The notes under the pieces: generated by a model
What the model saw: the letters and a program-made list of their open reading frames with translations, nothing else
What the model was told of the DNA's origin: nothing
The model's database searches: none
Assembly (NCBI GenBank): GCA_963675525.2
Contig: CAXXSL010000016.1
Location: 448,001 to 512,000 of the forward strand
Reading direction: 5' to 3'
Length of the DNA: 64,000 bases
Origin: Anaerohalosphaeraceae bacterium
GTDB taxonomy: Bacteria > Planctomycetota > Phycisphaerae > Sedimentisphaerales > Anaerohalosphaeraceae
Translations under genes and position numbers: made by a program
Shown: one piece after another, positions 58,643-64,000 of the stretch
Numbering within the stretch: position 1 is the stretch's first letter
Layout: every line of letters starts with the position of its first letter

Positions 58643-58813
58643 GGCAGGCAACTGCACGAAGCGGACATCTTTAAAGTGATCGAACTGGCGGAGGAAATCG
58701 TCATCTTCGGCATCGAACCGGTTACTATCGAGCCAAAAATGAGCCTGACCCCAACACTTGAGGGCAAGCTTAATGAATATCTTTCTGTCCTTCAAAAAGA
58801 AATCATTAGCTGA
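58643..58813 (+). pseudogene. Truncated, internally deleted copy of the hydrogenase protease 3' end
   Basis: LHEADIFKVIELA-EEIVIFGIEPVTIEPKMSL...KEIIS* aligns to LHEVDILKVIELAKQLGQCPEEIVIFGIEPVKIEPQMHL. Confidence 0.85.
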
Positions 58814-58872
58814 TCGCTGTATGTAATCATTCTTCCAGCGTAAATACGATAGTGTCGACCCATGCGGCATCA
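58790..58872 (+). repeat. 83-bp direct repeat, copy 1
   Basis: Ungapped match to 60846-60928 with 10 mismatches by hand alignment. Confidence 0.9.
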
Positions 58873-60344
58873 TCACCATGTGCACCGGAACTGTCTTTTT
58901 CATAAGCCCACTTAAATGTTGTTAAACCGTCATACACCGGGAAGGTCCTGTAAAGCCATCCGGCGCTATCGCCACTGTGTTCAATTCGCCAACTGCCGTC
59001 AATGTAAAAATGGAACTTATCAAAACCTTCTTCGCTGGAGACTCTGTAATAAAATGTAATCAAATCATAGCCGGTTGTATCGACCGTCAGTTCGAGATAG
59101 CTGCTCTGACTATCCCCGATAGCGCCGGACCGAGCGGAGTAGCTGCCCTGCTGAACAGTTACATCGTCAATTACCCATCCGGCAGCGCCGCCGAGAAGCC
59201 ACGGCTGCTGTGTAAAGTCACCTGTTTCAAAATCGTCACCCGGGGCCAACGGATATGACTTCTCAACCATCCGACCAAGCCAGTGATTAGCCAACAAATT
59301 CAGATCATTCATGTCCACCACGCCGTCAACATACCAGTCGGCCCGCGCATCCGGCTGGTCCTGCGTGAAACCGCTTTGCCCCCAGTACTGTCCCAGCATT
59401 GAAAATTCCCGAAGTCCAATTGGGACCTGCCACGACAACGCCGGATAGCCATCCATTTCCCAGAGCTCATTGATTCCGTTTTCGGTTTCCCCGAAAAAGT
59501 CCCATCCAACAAAACTGGCCTCATTCCGCATTTGTGCATCCGTCAAAGCCGTCGCATACAAATCGACCGGACCGCCCCCGTCATCCGGATGCAGGTGATA
59601 ACAATTAATAAAGTAGTAGCTTGAAGAATACAGAGAATACCCAACGAATCCGCCTACATAAGTTGACCCGGAGACTGAACCTGATGCGTAACAGTTCATA
59701 TACGCTCCCAGACTATAGCCAACAAAACCTCCGATTCTTTGTGAACCGGTACCACCGGTCACATCAACCGCCGCATAACAATTAATAACCCCGCCCTGTG
59801 AAACGCCAATAAAACCTCCGACATTGACAGCCCCGCCGCCTGATGTGATTGTGCCGGTTGCGTAACAATTGGTTATTTCTGTAGAACTGTTGTTGTACAT
59901 ACCCACCATGGCTCCGATGTGGCTGGAACTGCTGCCGCCAGCAATACTGACATTCTCCAGTCCCAGATTTTTAATCACGGCATTGGATGTGCTCGTACCG
60001 AACAGGCCCAGTTTGTCGGCATTGCTTGATTGGGCATCAATCGTCATATTCAGAATTTTATGATGGTTCCCGTCAAAACCCGCATTAAACTCGGTGGCTG
60101 AAGGCGCAATGACCGCTTCAGTGAAAACATGCCCTGCCAGATCAATATCTGACGTGAGCATGAAATTATCCGAATAATACGCCGGATGCTCGCCAAGGTA
60201 GATCAACTCATTGGGCTCATCGATCTGATAGGGGTCCGTAATCGTCCCGCTGCCCTCCCATGTTGGATCTGCAAGCACAAAGGAACCGGCACTCAAAACA
60301 AATAAAATAAGCACTGTAGGAAAACAATAATTGACATGTCTCAT
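58827..60344 (-). CDS. Secreted GLUG-motif protein with dockerin-like motif and C-terminal beta-sandwich
   Basis: Signal peptide, GSGT..DPYQI, DIDL, GLFG, VGGFVG repeats, DGVVDMNDL..LA.HWL, DDFETGDF...AWVD. Confidence 0.85.
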   Translation of the reverse strand: MRHVNYCFPTVLILFVLSAGSFVLADPTWEGSGTITDPYQIDEPNELIYLGEHPAYYSDNFMLTSDIDLAGHVFTEAVIAPSATEFNAGFDGNHHKILNMTIDAQSSNADKLGLFGTSTSNAVIKNLGLENVSIAGGSSSSHIGAMVGMYNNSSTEITNCYATGTITSGGGAVNVGGFIGVSQGGVINCYAAVDVTGGTGSQRIGGFVGYSLGAYMNCYASGSVSGSTYVGGFVGYSLYSSSYYFINCYHLHPDDGGGPVDLYATALTDAQMRNEASFVGWDFFGETENGINELWEMDGYPALSWQVPIGLREFSMLGQYWGQSGFTQDQPDARADWYVDGVVDMNDLNLLANHWLGRMVEKSYPLAPGDDFETGDFTQQPWLLGGAAGWVIDDVTVQQGSYSARSGAIGDSQSSYLELTVDTTGYDLITFYYRVSSEEGFDKFHFYIDGSWRIEHSGDSAGWLYRTFPVYDGLTTFKWAYEKDSSGAHGDDAAWVDTIVFTLEE

Positions 60345-60548
60345 AATACAATCCTCCTGCTATATAGGTTGTCATGTGAAAGGGACATCAGAGGCAAATC
60401 TCAATATGCGGAGTGCCAATCGCCTCCCTCTTTCGATATCACTTTTTGTTAACCAATGATATATGCTATCATCTAATTATTCAAGGATATTGTCGGTAAT
60501 TACGCGGGTTTGCCTGAGGTTGCCGCCATCGGCGGAATTTTGTTTATG

Positions 60549-60799
60549 TCAGTCGATGAAATTAGGTTGAGGTTTCTTTTTCAGGAAAGAATTGCTGTTT
60601 TTTATAAGTTTATGGGTAACATTCCTGATACCAAAATGCGCCCAAATGACGCCAAAGTTGTCCAAAACGGTGCCATTTTGCGCCAGTTTGAAACCACGGA
60701 TCGACACAAAAATACACAGAAGTTTTTTGGGTTTTGCCGGGCGAGATAGCGGAACTCGCACTCTTTAATTGTGAATATTCAATTTCGCATGTTATATCA
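60549..60799 (-). other. Second copy of the promoter-driven 21-nt-repeat element (contains a 70-aa ORF, 60549-60761)
   Basis: Colinear homology to 34051-34500; three 21-nt units at 60624-60686. Confidence 0.7.
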
Positions 60800-60845
60800 T
60801 AAACTTTGTTTGTTGATTTTCAAAACAATTTACACCTTTATTACT

Positions 60846-60928
60846 CTTCAAAAAGAAATAATTTACTGATCGCTGTATGTGACCATTCTTCCAAGGTAAA
60901 TACGATACTGTCCACCCATGCAGCATCA
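60846..60928 (+). repeat. 83-bp direct repeat, copy 2
   Basis: cttcaaaaagaaat...tgatcgctgtatgt...taaatacgata...acccatgc.gcatca. Confidence 0.9.
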
Positions 60929-60981
60929 AGGGTATACATCCCCATATTTACTTTTCCTGCCTCCCCCCTGCTTATAAAAAG

Positions 60982-61152
60982 ATATTAGGTTTTGGGACTA
61001 CAGGACCAGCTCCTTTAAGAATTGATCAAAAGTTATTATTTTCTGATCCAGAAGAAGAAAAACAGAAGAAAATATATGAGGTGTATGTTAAAATCAGGGG
61101 GAAATTTGGCGAGGATCGTTTAAAGAGAGGACCGTCAGTAACGAATGAGTAA
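60982..61152 (+). pseudogene. Probable 3' remnant of DNA polymerase IV (dinB)
   Basis: Start-less frame ILGFGTTG...Q.LLFSDPEEEKQKKIYEVYVKIRGKFGEDRLKRG, resembling the DinB little-finger end and tail. Confidence 0.55.
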
Positions 61153-61474
61153 AACACTTTGCATTGATTTTGATGACACGCTTTACAATCGGTCAACGAG
61201 CGAACCTATTGATGGAGCAGCAGAAGCTCTCGCTCAGTTAACATCTGAAGGTTATACAATCCTGATACTCTCTTCCCGCATAAATCCTGAGTTGTGGGGG
61301 GATCTTGTCAAATTCCGAGAAAAAGAAATCGTTGACTGGATGGAACACTATAATATTCCCTACGATAAGATCGTTCCTTTCAAGCCCCCTGCAGACCTCT
61401 ATATCGATGATAAGGCACTCCGATTTGAGGGAGACTGGGAAACAACATTGAAGGAAATAGGAAAAAGGGCGTAG
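61145..61474 (+). CDS. Small cap-less HAD-superfamily phosphatase
   Basis: IDFDDTL (DxD), SSR, KP, YIDDK motifs. Confidence 0.85.
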   Translation: MSKTLCIDFDDTLYNRSTSEPIDGAAEALAQLTSEGYTILILSSRINPELWGDLVKFREKEIVDWMEHYNIPYDKIVPFKPPADLYIDDKALRFEGDWETTLKEIGKRA

Positions 61475-61629
61475 GCGATAAATGATGCTGAAACTGCTCA
61501 GAAACTCATTTTTTTACTATTTTTCTATTGTAATACTCCCTCAAAGCAGTCAAAATAGCCTCAAGACGTATATAAAAGCTAATCGTTAGCTTTTAAGGAA
61601 GAATGGCTTTAGAACAAGGATGAAAAGAA

Positions 61630-61851
61630 ATGGCAAAGAAAAAAGCAAAAAAGAAAGTCGCTAAGAAGGCTGCCTGTAAAGAATCTCTGGTAGTAGCCAG
61701 TAAAGTAAAAGCATACATCAAGAGCAAAAAGATGATGACATCATCAGATGCTCTATGTGCCCTGAATGATGTAGTCTATGCTGCTTTAGATGCTGCTATT
61801 GCACGGACTCAGGCAAACAGGAGAAGCACAGTTAAGCCCCAGGATCTGTAG
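61630..61851 (+). CDS. Bacterial histone-fold protein with Lys-rich N-terminal tail
   Basis: LVVASKVKAYIK (alpha1), TSSDA...long alpha2, NRRSTVKPQDL (RxTxxxxD loop-2 motif and short alpha3); AAGGA RBS and own terminator. Confidence 0.9.
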   Translation: MAKKKAKKKVAKKAACKESLVVASKVKAYIKSKKMMTSSDALCALNDVVYAALDAAIARTQANRRSTVKPQDL

Positions 61852-61874
61852 AGATAGTCTTGGCTCCAGTAGTC

Positions 61875-61909
61875 AAAAAGCCAATCTCTGATGGGAGATT
61901 GGCTTTTTT
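61875..61909 (+). terminator. Intrinsic (likely bidirectional) terminator after the histone gene
   Basis: AAAAAGCCAATCTC-loop-GAGATTGGCTTTTTT. Confidence 0.85.
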
Positions 61910-62093
61910 GATTATTGCTTCGAATGACATCTTACGAGCAAATTCTTCAGCCAAGCTGGCCCTGATTTTAGTCGGCGGCTCAGGAGCAGGCTACCTTGCA
62001 GATTAGGATTTCAAAATCTACCTTAACATGCAATATATCTTAAAGACTTAAACACATTTCCAAAACTCATCTTCCGTAATGAAAAACGCAGCC

Positions 62094-64000
62094 TTATGTT
62101 CCCGGTGAGTATGTTTGTGCCTGCCAGTTGACCACATCATCCCCATATAAAGTATCATTAATTCTATCCAGCGCCGCACCGCCGCCATCCGGCGTCGCAG
62201 GCCAGGAATCTTCATCATCATAAAGAACCGAATCAACCAGAATATAATATCTCACATCCAGCAGATCCGTATCACCGGGCATAGACAATTCAAGGAGTTC
62301 TCCGCCGTTACTGAGCTTTGTATCATTCTCGAAAGGCCCAATAACATCCGCTCCAACCGTTCCATGTTTTTCCGTAAACGCCGCAGGATTTTTGGCGACA
62401 ATCAGGTATCCGTTTGCCGGGACCGTTGTGCCCAGCGGGAATGTGTAGTCGATGCCCGCTGTAAACTGCCATCCCAGTGTTTCAAGTGTTTCGGCGTCAT
62501 AAACCTCCAGTGTCACCGGCGAACCCGTGATATTATGCAGTTCAATATACTCATAATCCTGGTCGGGATAAGAGGCATTGACGGGCGGAACAGGATTGTA
62601 CATGATCTCACTGATCACAACGGGTCCGACCTTCGGGCCTGTATTGTCATCATCCGGCGTTGCTGAATCCATCGAAACAAAAACAGTCGTGGCATCACTT
62701 TTTGTGTAACGTCCGAACGATACACCGGTTTCAGACGCGCCAAACGAAACTTCAACCGTATATCCCGTAAGCTGCCCGTTGTCACCGGAACTGAGATACA
62801 CCTGGTCCCCGTTTTCGCTGAGGGCAAATGATTCCAGTTTTCCGGCATCGCCCGGCTCGCCAAAATTATCATCCTCATACAGAACCAGGTATTGACCTGA
62901 CGGAATTATCGTACCGGCCGCGATTTGGTATTTCATCAAATTAGCCGTGCTGTCACTGAGGAACCATCCGCCAACATTGACCGGGCTGGGCGTTGGATTG
63001 TACAATTCAATCCAGTCCGGTGCGGTATCATGTGAATGAGCAAGCACTTCATTGATGATGACACCGGCAATGTCATCTGCGCCCGGAGTTCCGCTGGCTG
63101 CATAACTGGGATGCCAGCTTTCCTCGTTACGCCAGCTTTCAAGCGTTCCCGCCGGACTCGTGATCACCAGTGAATAGCCTCCGCCATCGGTCGTCGGATA
63201 CCATCCGTCCTTATACTCAAACCGCATCACCGCTGCATCAAACGGATCGGGAAGCTTCAGTGTGATCTGTTCTCCGCCATCGTCTAATTTACCCGCATAG
63301 ACACCGGCGACATTGATCTGTGTTCCGTAGCGAGCCTCAAACACACTTTGGTTCGCGATTACGACCGTATATTGGCCCGAAGCGAGTGTCATTGGCCCGA
63401 ACACAAAATCGATCCCATTCGTGAAACGGACGCCTTCAAGCTCGATCGGGGTGCTGCTGATATTTTTCAATTCGATAAACTCGGAATTGGGATCTGCCGC
63501 GGGGTTGTACATGATCTCAGTAATTCGCAATCCATCCAAAAGCTCGGCCGCATTCGTAAATGAAACATCAGAGCTAAGATTTTCCAGTCCCGGCGTTGGA
63601 AGCGTAAAGAACGCAAAGCCATCACTGGCGGGAACTCTGCCCTGTGAGACATCGGTTGTCTGGGGCGTGTAGTATATCTTGTCGATCTCGTTATAGTCAG
63701 CATCAAAGAGAGCGATTATCTCATGGTCCGCTGAGAGATTGAAATTGAGGTGCCCGTGCCCTGAGGTATTGCTGTCATCTGCGGTGAATACGGCATAGCC
63801 ATTCGGCCCAACGAAACTCAGGGGCCCGAGTAAACTCTTTAGAGGCTGGGTAATATCGTTATCGGTCAGGTACAAATCGCTGAGATTGACCGGGTTTGAG
63901 CCGGGATTGTATAATTCAATGAGGTCGTCGGTAAAGAGGATGTTACTGCTTGCAAGCCACTCATTGATTTTCAGATCAGCGGGATTACCGAGGGGCTGCA
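62094..64000 (-). CDS. Large secreted multi-lamin-tail-domain protein (5' part outside window)
   Basis: Repeated INE/ITEIMYNP...EFIEL.N...TPG LTD units; frame is open to the window end (LKINEWLAS...IELYNP upstream of the listed ORF start). Confidence 0.88.
   Translation of the reverse strand, partial: QPLGNPADLKINEWLASSNILFTDDLIELYNPGSNPVNLSDLYLTDNDITQPLKSLLGPLSFVGPNGYAVFTADDSNTSGHGHLNFNLSADHEIIALFDADYNEIDKIYYTPQTTDVSQGRVPASDGFAFFTLPTPGLENLSSDVSFTNAAELLDGLRITEIMYNPAADPNSEFIELKNISSTPIELEGVRFTNGIDFVFGPMTLASGQYTVVIANQSVFEARYGTQINVAGVYAGKLDDGGEQITLKLPDPFDAAVMRFEYKDGWYPTTDGGGYSLVITSPAGTLESWRNEESWHPSYAASGTPGADDIAGVIINEVLAHSHDTAPDWIELYNPTPSPVNVGGWFLSDSTANLMKYQIAAGTIIPSGQYLVLYEDDNFGEPGDAGKLESFALSENGDQVYLSSGDNGQLTGYTVEVSFGASETGVSFGRYTKSDATTVFVSMDSATPDDDNTGPKVGPVVISEIMYNPVPPVNASYPDQDYEYIELHNITGSPVTLEVYDAETLETLGWQFTAGIDYTFPLGTTVPANGYLIVAKNPAAFTEKHGTVGADVIGPFENDTKLSNGGELLELSMPGDTDLLDVRYYILVDSVLYDDEDSWPATPDGGGAALDRINDTLYGDDVVNWQAQTYSPGT

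Overview
A 64-kb bacterial chromosomal segment, most likely from an anaerobic planctomycete (Phycisphaerae/Sedimentisphaerales-like). This is inferred from the PEP-CTERM proteins, dockerin-like 'DxNGDxxVNxxDF...W' secreted proteins, lamin-tail-domain protein, tandem ECF sigma/anti-sigma pairs and repeat types. In order it carries a GT2-rseP-dxr block, a type II secretion operon (gspC-D-E-[four-helix-bundle]-F-G-H-I-J-K-L-M, minus strand), a glycosylation/envelope locus, a UPF0210 protein, an oxidoreductase, a sulfotransferase, DEAD helicase/gmhA, a repeat-rich accessory patch (rhuM), secreted proteins, marR and mscS. Next come an ArsR + CoA-disulfide reductase/rhodanese/TusA/DsrE unit divergent from a Rex-controlled group 3b [NiFe]-hydrogenase operon, a PAS-LuxR regulator with two PEP-CTERM genes, two ECF pairs, a hydrogenase protease with a GH2, a rearranged patch with gene remnants, a HAD phosphatase, a bacterial histone and an LTD protein. 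The most interesting observations are (1) a stand-alone bacterial histone with a Lys-rich N-terminal tail, (2) a four-helix-bundle (23S-IVS/Avd-like) gene between gspE and gspF, bracketed by inverted heptamer arrays that could loop it out of the mRNA, and (3) two homologous copies of an unannotated promoter-driven element with 21-nt (about 10.5-nt phased) repeats. Apparent frameshifts at 28-30.4 kb, including the helicase-GmhA 'fusion', look like sequencing insertions. No rRNA, tRNA, CRISPR array or transposase was seen.
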